Positions 8,885 to 18,852 of a DNA stretch of 64,000 nucleotides are shown one piece after another (position 1 is the stretch's first letter; the number at the start of each line of letters is the position of its first letter). This DNA is from Candidatus Kapaibacterium sp. (lineage in GTDB: Bacteria; Bacteroidota; Ignavibacteria; Kapaibacteriales; UBA2268). The position numbers were made by a program, and so were the translations under genes. The notes beneath the pieces are model-generated. The model was not told the origin of the DNA and ran no database searches. It saw only the letters and a program-made list of their open reading frames with translations. Location: contig OY762428.1 of assembly GCA_963665665.1 (NCBI GenBank), positions 2,304,001 to 2,368,000 on the forward strand. Reading direction: 5' to 3'.

Positions 8885-10183
8885 TTGAAACAGAGTGATT
8901 TCAACACTTATTTGAATGAAGCAAATCTTAGTAATACCAGACTTATCTCTATTGTTGCTTTGGTTGCACATTTCCTTTCTTTTTTCACAGTTGAAATTCC
9001 TATACTTCAGTCAAATCTTCAGATAGCTTCCTTATTAAGATTTATACCAATAATTTATTTTACCGTTTTGATATTTGTTGTTTTTATAAAAAAGGAGATA
9101 ATAAAAGATAGTATTCAATTTTTATTATCATTTGGAATGATATTGAGCATTTTGCCAGTATCATATAACGGAAGCTTAATAGCTGAAATAGAGAATAATT
9201 ATTTTATCGGGACAATGGGTTATTTACAAGTACAATTTGCTTTTGTTACTTTCATTACAGTTTCGAAGTTTTATAATTATTTTACGTTGTTTGCAACAAG
9301 TATTTTATTTGCAGTACTATGCTTAATTGTTCCTGAAGATCCAATGAGTTTGCAATATCCTGTTATAGTACAGGCACAGTTTTTTTTCATATTGATTCTA
9401 ATATTCACACATCATTTTATATATAAATCAAAAATGGAGAATTTTAATAAACAGGAGGAACTTAAAAGAATAAATAAAGTACTGGAGGAAAATGTTAAGT
9501 CAAGAGACAAATATTTTTCAATATTATCTCATGACCTGATTAATCCTATTCAGGCAATTATGCTGACGTCTACAATGCTTAGAAATAATTATATGAAGTA
9601 TTCTGAGGAAAAACTCGGGAAAAAAATAAAAACTCTTCACGTTACAAATATACGTTTAATGAATTTTGTAATAAATATATTGAACTGGACAAGATCACAG
9701 AGAGGAAGAATAGTTTTTGAACCGGAAAATGTAGATATATATGAAATGATAAATGAAATTGTTTCATTATATAAGACAAATGCAGAAATTAAAAATATTG
9801 AAATAGAAATTCAAATACAAAAAGGTTCAGTTATTTTTGTTGACAAAAATATGATAGAAACTGTATTCAGAAATCTTATATCAAATGCAATTAAATTTTC
9901 AGAAAAATATGAGAAAATAAGGATTGTATCAGCTATCAATGAAAATAATATGATCATTGATTTTGTGGACAGAGGAAAAGGAATAGAACCGGAAGAGTTA
10001 GAGTATTTATTTTCATCAGAAAAAAGATCAAAATTAGGTACTTCAGGAGAGAAGGGGACCGGATTAGGATTAATTCTCTGCAAAGAATTTGTTGAAAGAA
10101 ATAATGGTAATATTAAAGTTGATTCTTTACCGGGATTAGGTAGTACATTTACAGTAACATTGCCTATGAAAAACGACAATTAA
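8885..10183 (+). CDS. Membrane-bound sensor histidine kinase (no response regulator in window)
   Basis: Several N-terminal TM segments, H-box SILSHDLINP, N-box RNLISNAIKFS, G1 DRGKGI, G2 GTGLGL. Confidence 0.92.
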   Translation: MKQSDFNTYLNEANLSNTRLISIVALVAHFLSFFTVEIPILQSNLQIASLLRFIPIIYFTVLIFVVFIKKEIIKDSIQFLLSFGMILSILPVSYNGSLIAEIENNYFIGTMGYLQVQFAFVTFITVSKFYNYFTLFATSILFAVLCLIVPEDPMSLQYPVIVQAQFFFILILIFTHHFIYKSKMENFNKQEELKRINKVLEENVKSRDKYFSILSHDLINPIQAIMLTSTMLRNNYMKYSEEKLGKKIKTLHVTNIRLMNFVINILNWTRSQRGRIVFEPENVDIYEMINEIVSLYKTNAEIKNIEIEIQIQKGSVIFVDKNMIETVFRNLISNAIKFSEKYEKIRIVSAINENNMIIDFVDRGKGIEPEELEYLFSSEKRSKLGTSGEKGTGLGLILCKEFVERNNGNIKVDSLPGLGSTFTVTLPMKNDN

Positions 10184-10188
10184 TAAAA

Positions 10189-11343
10189 TTAGATTCTAAT
10201 ACTGTAATGTTTATCCGGATTATAATTAATTAATTCAGATGTTATTTTAATAAATTTTTCTATACCAACAGCAGCGATAAAATATAATATAGAAGTATGT
10301 CTTTCCTGAAGCATACCATCAGGAAAAATTAAATTAAAGATAAGGTTATCCTGATGTTTTTTTTTCAAATTATTTATTATATCTGAAGGTAAAATAGTTG
10401 CAGAATAACGTGGGATCAAAGTAGGAGGATTAAATCCAAAATGTTCGAATAATGGATATAATAAAATTTCTTCACCAATCTCTGAAGGGCTGCAAATTTT
10501 CTTACCGGGCAACAGAATATCTATTAGGAAGGTTTTAAGCATAACAGCTGGTATAAGTTTATCAAGACTATTAATATCAGCTGTAAATTTGAGTAACTCA
10601 TTATCCCTGATATATTCAAGATTATAAATCGAAGTTTTAGGATTAATATTCAATCCTTTTTTTGAGATATAAGAAAATGATTGACTGACGATATCAGTAA
10701 ATTTTCCTGGATTATTTAATTCATCTGTTATAAAAAAATCTACAATTTCAGAATTTAATAATTCAGACAAATAAATATAATCGATGTTTTCATTTTCAAA
10801 TAAATATTGAAGATAATTCTTAAAAGCATAAATTATTGTTTTTCCAGGTTCATATATTTCAAACAATTTTAATTTAATATCATTATAATGCTTAAAACCG
10901 GAAAGAATTGATATAATATTTTCAATTTGATCAATACTATCAGCTGGACAATCTCTATACTTAATTAGTTTTCTATTTTCTTTTGTTGAATCAGAAGGAA
11001 AATGCATTTCTACTGTATCCATATTCTCATCTAATAGCTTAACGCCGGACAATTGCATATTATCAATGCAAAGATCATCAATAATTAATTTTCCAATTTT
11101 ATTACATTTAAGATAGGATATTAAGGAAAGAATTTTAAAATAGTTTGATAAAGTGCCACCGGCAAAAAAAGGCTTGATAATAGTAAATAGATTATCTTCA
11201 GATTGAGACAATTCTATATATGAATGAGAAATATTTAATGAAAAATCAGAAAAAATATCAGTTATGAAATTATCATTTTTTAGGAAATTATTAAAAAATT
11301 CCGGAAATCCGGGAATTGACGAAAACTCTGTTCCTTCTATCAT
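10189..11343 (-). CDS. Divergent, shortened BshC-like protein
   Basis: Residual BshC-like blocks GGTLSNYFKILS, PAVMLKTFLIDILLP, LFEHFGFNPPTLIPRYSATIL and IFPDGMLQER. The TGQQ and GGPGE motifs are altered. Confidence 0.55.
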   Translation of the reverse strand: MIEGTEFSSIPGFPEFFNNFLKNDNFITDIFSDFSLNISHSYIELSQSEDNLFTIIKPFFAGGTLSNYFKILSLISYLKCNKIGKLIIDDLCIDNMQLSGVKLLDENMDTVEMHFPSDSTKENRKLIKYRDCPADSIDQIENIISILSGFKHYNDIKLKLFEIYEPGKTIIYAFKNYLQYLFENENIDYIYLSELLNSEIVDFFITDELNNPGKFTDIVSQSFSYISKKGLNINPKTSIYNLEYIRDNELLKFTADINSLDKLIPAVMLKTFLIDILLPGKKICSPSEIGEEILLYPLFEHFGFNPPTLIPRYSATILPSDIINNLKKKHQDNLIFNLIFPDGMLQERHTSILYFIAAVGIEKFIKITSELINYNPDKHYSIRI

Positions 11344-11346
11344 AAA

Positions 11347-11958
11347 TTATAAGGATTTAAGTATTACTGAAAACACAGGGCCGCTTATATCAGAACCGGA
11401 CATTCCGTAAAAATCTACACCGGAAATTATCCTGTAAGAAAAATTAAATCCAACATGAAAGGATTCATAGAATCTGAAATTTATCCCCGTATATGGTTCT
11501 ATAATAAAAAACCAGTCACCACCGTCACCAACCGGCACATCAATATCACTTGAAGCTGAAATATCAACGGTACCAGTACCAATTAGAGATCCAAAACTTA
11601 AATGAGTTCTGGATAATATTGGTAATAAATATTCAATCTCTGCTCCACCATAACCTAACTGTAGAAATGTACCGGTATTTTCAAAATTGCTAAAATTAAA
11701 ATCTACATTATGAGATAATAAAGAATAGAAACCAAGACCGATAAAAACATTCTCATTTGCCATTATACCTGCTTTACCACCAAATTCAAAGCCATAATTA
11801 TCGATAGTTTTTGCAGATTTTAATCCAAGGGAAAATAAAAATTTTCCTGATTTACTTTCATTTTCATTATAACGGGTTTTACCTGTGCCTCCGGGAAGAA
11901 CCTGAGAGTGAAGTGATGTTAAATTTAAAAACAATAGAATTAATAATATTTTTTTCAT
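11347..11958 (-). CDS. Outer-membrane beta-barrel protein
   Basis: Signal peptide followed by alternating Gly/aromatic beta strands (GGKAG, LGYGGAEIEY, FFIIEPYTGINF). Confidence 0.7.
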   Translation of the reverse strand: MKKILLILLFLNLTSLHSQVLPGGTGKTRYNENESKSGKFLFSLGLKSAKTIDNYGFEFGGKAGIMANENVFIGLGFYSLLSHNVDFNFSNFENTGTFLQLGYGGAEIEYLLPILSRTHLSFGSLIGTGTVDISASSDIDVPVGDGGDWFFIIEPYTGINFRFYESFHVGFNFSYRIISGVDFYGMSGSDISGPVFSVILKSL

Positions 11959-11989
11959 AGTAATATCAATAATTTTAAAAATGTAATAA

Positions 11990-12685
11990 TTATTTTGTTA
12001 AACCTCTATTAAAGAAATCAAGTAAAGGCGTAAGAGCAAATCCGCTATTAATAATATATTCTTTTATTTCAGATGTATAGATTATTTCCTGATCAATCTT
12101 ACCATAAAATGTAAAAGATTTGTTTTTAAGTAAATCACCGGCAGGATGGTCTTTTGGAAATCCTCTTGGCACTGTCTTAAGTTTTTCGCCTTCAAATTCA
12201 TCAGGGAAATATTTTCTGAAGGAATTTGATTCTATAAGATTGTAATATTCTTCATAGTTTTCTGAAAGAAGTTCACGTATCTTACGTAATTCTTCTGACG
12301 GGGGAGTATGAATGCCACCGGCAACAAAACATTCCTTAGGTTCAACATGGAAATACAAGCCCAAAGCATTTATTGGTTTTTTTGAAATATTTCCTATCGA
12401 ATATGGAAAGAACAAGCCCATATTTGTCTTATAAGGAGACTTATCCTTACTAAAGCGGATATCTCTGTTAATTCTGAAGGTTGATATTTTAGGGTCGGCA
12501 ATATAATTCAGTTCCCTTTCGGCAAACATATAAGATAGATCTGAAACCACAAGTTTATTTGTATCACGAATTTCTTTCTCGTAATACTTACGGTTTTCAT
12601 CAAACCATTCTTTTGAATTATTATTAGATAAATCATCAAAGAACTGTATTAGTCCCTTATCGTAACCATTAAATTTAGATTCCAT
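11990..12685 (-). CDS. DUF2461 family protein
   Basis: NNSKEWFDENR, FRINRDIRFSKDKSPYK, LKTVPRGFPKDHP..DLL. Confidence 0.92.
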   Translation of the reverse strand: MESKFNGYDKGLIQFFDDLSNNNSKEWFDENRKYYEKEIRDTNKLVVSDLSYMFAERELNYIADPKISTFRINRDIRFSKDKSPYKTNMGLFFPYSIGNISKKPINALGLYFHVEPKECFVAGGIHTPPSEELRKIRELLSENYEEYYNLIESNSFRKYFPDEFEGEKLKTVPRGFPKDHPAGDLLKNKSFTFYGKIDQEIIYTSEIKEYIINSGFALTPLLDFFNRGLTK

Positions 12686-13569
12686 TATTTGCTCCAGGAA
12701 TTATTTTTATTAAAAATAAAGAAAGCGTTATCAATACCTGCGGGTTCAATAGGAAAAAAAGATAACTGTTTGTGGTTAATAAGGTTATAATTTCCTATTG
12801 GATAATCATCTTTTAATTTAATTAAATTCTTATTAATATTAAGTTTATCGGATAAATTACTAATGATATCGAATTCATTAAAATATTCTGATGAGCATAT
12901 ATTTATTATTTCATTCTTGTTGATGAATGAATTAATCAAAGATAAAGATATATCATCAGTAAAAACAGGATTGAAATAATAATTCTTAGATAAGTATATT
13001 TCCTTGTTTTTAAGTAGTTTAAATATATAGAAGCGTATAAAATCATCATTATTATATGATGTCTGGCCAAAAACACGGCCAAGACGAAATATCATAAAAG
13101 AATTAGCATCTATTCTAATAGCATTTTCACCTGCAAGAATAGACTGAGAGAATTTATGCCTTGTTGTTGGAGCAGATTCTTCTGTATATTCTTTTTTTGT
13201 TCCATCGAAGATCAAGTGTGATGAAAAAGATATTACATGACATTCAATAATTTTGCTGATACTTGCCGACAATTCATTAAGTTCTACATTAGAGTATATC
13301 AGATTTGAAGATTTTCCCCTGAACAGTAATGGGTCATGAATTAAAGAAGCATTTATAAGAATGTCAGGTTTATAATCAATAATAGATCTTTTAAGTTTCT
13401 TTAAATCATTTTTTTCAAACTTAAAACTTTTTATACGCTCATCGTCAATTAAGCTTATATCAGATGAATAAAAAGCATGTAGTTCGTGGTCAGTTTCAAA
13501 TTTAATTATACGGTAAAGTGATTCACCTATTAAAGTATCAGACCCTATTAAAGCTATTTTGTATTTCAT
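12685..13569 (-). CDS. RmlD-like SDR (dTDP-4-dehydrorhamnose reductase fold), degenerate
   Basis: KPDILINA, SSHLIFDG, YTEESAP, FRLGRVFG, FNPVFTDD. The glycine-rich loop and YxxxK are not conserved. The start is ATG 13569; the track's MFHVKH extension is a translated parS site. Confidence 0.65.
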   Translation of the reverse strand: MKYKIALIGSDTLIGESLYRIIKFETDHELHAFYSSDISLIDDERIKSFKFEKNDLKKLKRSIIDYKPDILINASLIHDPLLFRGKSSNLIYSNVELNELSASISKIIECHVISFSSHLIFDGTKKEYTEESAPTTRHKFSQSILAGENAIRIDANSFMIFRLGRVFGQTSYNNDDFIRFYIFKLLKNKEIYLSKNYYFNPVFTDDISLSLINSFINKNEIINICSSEYFNEFDIISNLSDKLNINKNLIKLKDDYPIGNYNLINHKQLSFFPIEPAGIDNAFFIFNKNNSWSK

Positions 13570-13579
13570 ATATTCAGGA

Positions 13580-13595
13580 TGTTTCACGTGAAACA
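13580..13595. promoter_or_regulatory. parS: parS centromere site
   Basis: Perfect palindrome TGTTTCACGTGAAACA immediately after the mnmG stop. Confidence 0.95.
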
Positions 13596-15449
13596 TTATT
13601 TTAAATAAATTGACAATATTGATATATCAGAAGCAGAAACACCGCTAATTCTTGATGCCTGGCCAAGAGATGATGGCCTGACGAGGCTGAGTTTTTCTCT
13701 TGCTTCATTGGATAGTGAAGAAATTTTACTATAATTAAAATTATCGGGAATCATTTTCTGTTCATTCTCGATAAAATACTCAATTTGCTTTTTTTGCCGG
13801 GCAATATATCCTTCATAACGAATTTCTATACCGGCCTGTTCTATAACTTTGTCATATATTTCATTTTGCGGGAAATAAAGAGAAGAGATTTTAATAAGCT
13901 CTTTTAATTGTACGCGGCTTCTTTTTGCAAGAGTATAGATATCAGTTGTTTCATTTACAGTTGATTCATCGACAGATTGTAAGTAGGGATTTATATCATC
14001 TTTTTTTACTTTTACTCTCTTAAGTTGTTCTATAAATAACCTGATCTCTTCATTAATTAAAATATTTTGTTTATATCTTGATTCAGGTATAAGCCCGTTT
14101 TTATATCCATATTTTGAAAGACGTAATTCAGCATTATCCTGGCGTAATAATAGTCGGTATTCAGCAAGAGAGGTAAACATTCTGTATGGTTCATCTGTGC
14201 TTTTATTTACAAGGTCATCAATTAGAACGCCAATATAAGATTCAGAACGGGAGAGCTTGAAATCATCCATACCGCGTAATTTTTGTACTGCATTTACACC
14301 TGCTACATATCCCTGTCCGGCAGCCTCCTCATAGCCGGAAGTGCCATTAATTTGCCCGGCAAAGTAAAGGCCGGATATAATATTTGTTTCAAGTGTATAT
14401 TTTAATTGATATGGAAAGAAAAAGTCATATTCAATAGCATAAGCAGGCCTGATTAATTTGCAATTAGCCAATCCGGGTATAGTTTTTAATGCTTTAATTT
14501 GTACATCAACCGGTAGACTAGAACTAAAACCATTAATATATACGGAATCTGTATTATGTCCCTCTGGCTCTAAAAGTATTTTATGAGAATCTCTGTCAGA
14601 AAAACGATCTATCTTATCTTCAATTGACGGACAATAGCGGGGGCCGCTTCCGGAAATTCTACCAGTAAACATAGGGGAGAGGTCGAAACCTGTTCTTAAT
14701 ATATCATGAGTTTGAATATTAGTTTCTGTAGAATGGCAAAGAGCAGTATTTTTAACAAAACCTGTAAGAAAAGAAAATGGCTTGGGATCTTCATCGCCAT
14801 AGGCTGGTATTACCTTAGAAAAATCTATACTATTTTTTAAAACCCTTGGGGGTGTTCCGGTTTTTAGCCTGCCAATTTTGAAACCAAGATCAAGGAAATT
14901 TGATGACAATTTATCTGAAGACATTTCACCATATCGGCCACCATAAGTTTTGCTCATACCAGTGAACATTACACCTTTAAGGAAAGTTCCGGCACAAACA
15001 ATAATTGCAGAACAATACAAGATTTCATTATCTTCGGTTTCGAGAGAATATACTTTATCATTCTTAAGATTTATCTTAGCAGCTGTTCCTTCAATTATTG
15101 AAAGATTATCTCTATTAAGTAGAAAACCTAAAGCAACAATTGGGTATAAATGTTTATCAATCTGAGCACGCGGAGACCAAACCGCCGGCCCCTTTGATGT
15201 ATTAAGTGTTTTAAATTGAATTCCTGCCCGATCAGAAATAAGAGGCATAATGCCGCCGAGAGCATCAATTTCCTTAACTATATGTCCTTTGGCAGTTCCT
15301 CCGATAGAAGGGTTACATGATGGTTTTCCAAGAGTAAATTTACTCATTGTTAAAAGTGCAGTTTTTGCTCCCATTCCGGATGATGCCCATGCAGCTTCTA
15401 TCCCTGCATGGCCTCCGCCAATTACTATTACATCGTATCTGTTATCCAT
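13596..15449 (-). CDS. mnmG: tRNA U34 carboxymethylaminomethyl modification enzyme MnmG (GidA)
   Basis: [48 protein letters not shown]. Confidence 0.98.
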   Translation of the reverse strand: MDNRYDVIVIGGGHAGIEAAWASSGMGAKTALLTMSKFTLGKPSCNPSIGGTAKGHIVKEIDALGGIMPLISDRAGIQFKTLNTSKGPAVWSPRAQIDKHLYPIVALGFLLNRDNLSIIEGTAAKINLKNDKVYSLETEDNEILYCSAIIVCAGTFLKGVMFTGMSKTYGGRYGEMSSDKLSSNFLDLGFKIGRLKTGTPPRVLKNSIDFSKVIPAYGDEDPKPFSFLTGFVKNTALCHSTETNIQTHDILRTGFDLSPMFTGRISGSGPRYCPSIEDKIDRFSDRDSHKILLEPEGHNTDSVYINGFSSSLPVDVQIKALKTIPGLANCKLIRPAYAIEYDFFFPYQLKYTLETNIISGLYFAGQINGTSGYEEAAGQGYVAGVNAVQKLRGMDDFKLSRSESYIGVLIDDLVNKSTDEPYRMFTSLAEYRLLLRQDNAELRLSKYGYKNGLIPESRYKQNILINEEIRLFIEQLKRVKVKKDDINPYLQSVDESTVNETTDIYTLAKRSRVQLKELIKISSLYFPQNEIYDKVIEQAGIEIRYEGYIARQKKQIEYFIENEQKMIPDNFNYSKISSLSNEAREKLSLVRPSSLGQASRISGVSASDISILSIYLK

Positions 15450-15536
15450 TAAATTACAATATTAAAAAAGAAATAAAATGTGAAATAAATTCTAGTACAA
15501 AATAATAAAGACGAATGACATTATAAAAAAATGGAA

Positions 15537-15552
15537 TGTTCCACGTGAAACA
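15537..15552. promoter_or_regulatory. parS: parS centromere site
   Basis: TGTTCCACGTGAAACA, a consensus parS variant. Confidence 0.92.
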
Positions 15553-15573
15553 TTCAAAATCGGAAATCAAGAA

Positions 15574-15589
15574 TGTTTCACGTGAAACA
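15574..15589. promoter_or_regulatory. parS: parS centromere site
   Basis: Perfect TGTTTCACGTGAAACA in the mnmE-mnmG gap. Confidence 0.95.
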
Positions 15590-15593
15590 ATAA

Positions 15594-16946
15594 CTATTTT
15601 CCAATGCAAAAAGAAGAAAATATATTATTTAATACATTTTCATCCCATTGTTCTCCGGTAATCATACCAAGATTATTAGCTGCATCTCTGATATCAATAG
15701 CAATAGTCTCGTTTTCAAATTCATTATCAATAGCATTTAGTGCATTTTTAAGTGATGCTTCAGCATTTGTAAGGAGAATTCTATGTCTTTGATTTATTAA
15801 AATATCATTTACAGCGTCTGTTGAAGTTGTTACTTTATCCTTAATAATATCTCGAATTTTCTCAATTCCATCATCAAATTTAGCAGAAATATATACTCTG
15901 TTTTTATCATTGCTGAATGATTTAATATCAATTTTGTCAATTTTATTTTGTACTAATAATACTTCATTTTCTGGGAACATTTCTTTAATCGAATGCTCTA
16001 AGGAGTCCGAATGGTTTTTACCAAGGCTGATATCATTTAAGATGATAATTAGATTTGATTGCCTGAAGAGTTCATACGCAATCCGCACACCCTCAATTTC
16101 TATAATATCTTTTGTATGTCTCAATCCTGCTGTATCAATTATTTTAACGGAAATATTATCTATAAATATTTGTTCCTCAATATAATCTCTTGTTGTTCCT
16201 GGGATATTTGAAACAATAGCTCTTGATCTTTTTAAAAGTGCATTGAAAAAAGTGGACTTTCCTGCATTAGGGTGTCCTGCAATAGAAATGTAAAATCCGG
16301 ATCTTAATATCTGTGCTGATTCATAGGAAGAAGAGAGGTTAGCACAGAAATCAATGGTTGAGATAATGTGATTTTTAATATCATTCTTACTGATTAAATC
16401 AATTTCCTCTTCTGCAAAATCAAGTTCTAACTCAAGGAGGGAGGCAATTTTGAGAAGTTTTTTCCTGAAATTATCCAGTCGGTTTTTAAATTCGCCTGCT
16501 AATTGACGAGCTGAAGTTCTTGCTCCGGCAACTGATGAAGAATGAATAATATCAGTTATTGCCTCGGTTTGTGAAAGGTCAATTTTCCCATTCAGGAAAG
16601 CACGTTTCGTAAATTCACCAGGTTCTGCGTGATGTGCGCCATTAATAATTAAAGTATCTAATATCTGGTTTACGATAATAGGATTTCCATGGCATGAAAT
16701 TTCGGCAATATCTTCTCCGGTATACGAATTTGGATTTTTAAATACCGATACTGTTACATCATCAATAATTGTGTTAGCTGAAAAAATTTTACCATAATGG
16801 ATAGTATGTGTTTTTGCCCGGGATAATTCACTTTTTCCTTTGAATATTTTATCAACAATGAAAAAACACTCGGGACCAGAAATTCTTATTACAGCAATTC
16901 CGGAAATACCGGGTACTGTTGATAATGCACAAATTGTATTTTTCAT
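15594..16946 (-). CDS. mnmE: tRNA modification GTPase MnmE (TrmE)
   Basis: SYTGED, GEFTKRAFLNGK, GHPNAGKST, GTTRD, DTAG, NKID, C-terminal FCIGK. Confidence 0.98.
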   Translation of the reverse strand: MKNTICALSTVPGISGIAVIRISGPECFFIVDKIFKGKSELSRAKTHTIHYGKIFSANTIIDDVTVSVFKNPNSYTGEDIAEISCHGNPIIVNQILDTLIINGAHHAEPGEFTKRAFLNGKIDLSQTEAITDIIHSSSVAGARTSARQLAGEFKNRLDNFRKKLLKIASLLELELDFAEEEIDLISKNDIKNHIISTIDFCANLSSSYESAQILRSGFYISIAGHPNAGKSTFFNALLKRSRAIVSNIPGTTRDYIEEQIFIDNISVKIIDTAGLRHTKDIIEIEGVRIAYELFRQSNLIIILNDISLGKNHSDSLEHSIKEMFPENEVLLVQNKIDKIDIKSFSNDKNRVYISAKFDDGIEKIRDIIKDKVTTSTDAVNDILINQRHRILLTNAEASLKNALNAIDNEFENETIAIDIRDAANNLGMITGEQWDENVLNNIFSSFCIGK

Positions 16947-17353
16947 AATTTTTTGCCGAAATTTAATTTTACTAATACAAATTTATAAAAAAGGTATACA
17001 AAATAATAATATTAGGTGGATATAAATAGAAAATCAGAGAAATAAATAAATTACAATGGTTATTATTGGCCATATTGCTTTATTTCAATAATATAGGCTC
17101 TATAAGCTGTTTTATAATGAAATCCATGTAGTAATATTTGTTGTATAAAAAAATTACAATAGTGGCTGTTTATTAAAGGAGGCCTTGAAACCCGCTCCAG
17201 TACAAGGTTCTGAGGGGTATAAAGTATGTCTGCTATCTGTTTTCAACATTTTATAAATTTTAGTTGAGAATTTTGAGTTATGATTAGAAATTTTGTAGTT
17301 TGTCGTGATTTGGCGTTTAATAAAATATCTGGAATTTTGAGATCGGACAATTT

Positions 17354-18472
17354 ATGGATTATGAAATAATAATTATTGGTGCCGGAGTTGTTGGGCTTTC
17401 GATTGCTTCCCGGCTTTCAGAAAAAAATAGATCAATTTTGGTTCTTGAAAAAAATGATAATTATGGAATGGAAACCAGCAGTAGAAATAGCGAGGTTATT
17501 CATGCCGGAATATACTATAAAACAAATTCATTAAAAGCGAATTTATGTGTTCAGGGAAACAGACTTTTAAAAAGCTGGTGTAAGGGAAAAAATATTGAAT
17601 ATAATAATATTGGAAAGTTTATTGTTGCAGTTAATAAAGAGGAAGAAGAAAAACTTGATCTGCTTTATGAACAGGCCCTGAATAATAATGTACCTGATAT
17701 AAATTTTTTATCATCATCGGAAGTTAGAAGAGAGGAGCCGAATATTCGTTCATATAAAACACTACATTCGGCAAGTACCGGAATAATAAATTCCCATCAT
17801 CTGATGAAAAGTTTTTTAGACATTTCGGAAATGAACGGAACAGACTATGCATTCAGGCACAACGTGGTTTTAATAGAAAAAATAAACGGCGGATACGAAC
17901 TTACTCTGAGAGATCCTGACGGAGAAGAAGTAAAAGTCAAATCTGAAATTATAATTAACAGTGCCGGGCTTTGGTCCGATATAATTGCCTCTTTGGCTGG
18001 TATAGATATTGAAAAAAACATGTACCGTTTAAACTGGGTGAAGGGTCATTATTTTAGAGCAGCCGGAAAATACAACAATATGGTTAATCATTTGATATAT
18101 CCCATTCCGCAGAAAAATTTGTCAGGGCTTGGTATACATATAACCAAGGAGCTTGACGGATCTTTGAAATTTGGACCGGATACATTAGAAATTGAAAACG
18201 GAACTGAGGACTATTCAGTTCCCCTTAGTTTAAAAGAAAAATTCCACTCTCTTGTTTCTTCATATTTTCCTCTTTTGGAAAAAGAGGATATTTATCCTGA
18301 TCAGGCAGGAATAAGGCCTAAATTATATTCACCGGACAATTCATTCAGAGATTTTATTATCAGGGAGGAATCAGATAAAGGCCTGCCGGGATTCATTAAT
18401 CTTGTAGGGATAGAGTCTCCGGGGCTTACCTGCTGCTTATCTATTGCAAAAATGGTTGAAAACATAGTATAA
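17354..18472 (+). CDS. FAD-dependent oxidoreductase, L-2-hydroxyglutarate oxidase (LhgO) family
   Basis: IIGAGVVG, ETSSRNSEVIHAGIYY, LGIHIT, GIRPK, GIESPGLT. Confidence 0.88.
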   Translation: MDYEIIIIGAGVVGLSIASRLSEKNRSILVLEKNDNYGMETSSRNSEVIHAGIYYKTNSLKANLCVQGNRLLKSWCKGKNIEYNNIGKFIVAVNKEEEEKLDLLYEQALNNNVPDINFLSSSEVRREEPNIRSYKTLHSASTGIINSHHLMKSFLDISEMNGTDYAFRHNVVLIEKINGGYELTLRDPDGEEVKVKSEIIINSAGLWSDIIASLAGIDIEKNMYRLNWVKGHYFRAAGKYNNMVNHLIYPIPQKNLSGLGIHITKELDGSLKFGPDTLEIENGTEDYSVPLSLKEKFHSLVSSYFPLLEKEDIYPDQAGIRPKLYSPDNSFRDFIIREESDKGLPGFINLVGIESPGLTCCLSIAKMVENIV

Positions 18473-18531
18473 ACTATTTGGCATATATTTTGCTCATTTA
18501 CATAAGAAGTTTTATATCATTTGAGTGTGAC

Positions 18532-18828
18532 ATGAGTACAACAGATTTTAAAACAACAATTGTTGAAATTGTTTCGAAATACCTTGAGAATAACAATAAT
18601 TTTAAGCTATTTGTTTTTGGTTATCACGGGATAAATACCGATCTAATTGGCAATGGTATTGATATTGGTATTAATGCCGGTACGGTACTGGATTATGATA
18701 CAATAGTTAAAATTCAAAATGATTTATATGGAATCCCGAGTGATCAGAAAATTTATCTTATTGATTTTATGAGAATAAGCAGTGAAATGAGAAATTGGGC
18801 TGAAAATACGGCAGTAAAAGTGAATTAA
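18532..18828 (+). CDS. Minimal nucleotidyltransferase (MNT)-like protein, degenerate
   Basis: KLFVFG...GIDIGI...KIYLIDF resembles the MNT pattern, but GS and the first Asp are substituted; no HEPN partner nearby. Confidence 0.45.
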   Translation: MSTTDFKTTIVEIVSKYLENNNNFKLFVFGYHGINTDLIGNGIDIGINAGTVLDYDTIVKIQNDLYGIPSDQKIYLIDFMRISSEMRNWAENTAVKVN

Positions 18829-18852
18829 TTCAAAAAAGAATAAAGATTGATT

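Noticed and set aside
13570-13596. MFHVKH N-terminal extension of the SDR gene
   Set aside because: It is the translated parS palindrome; ATG 13569 gives a normal Rossmann-fold start.
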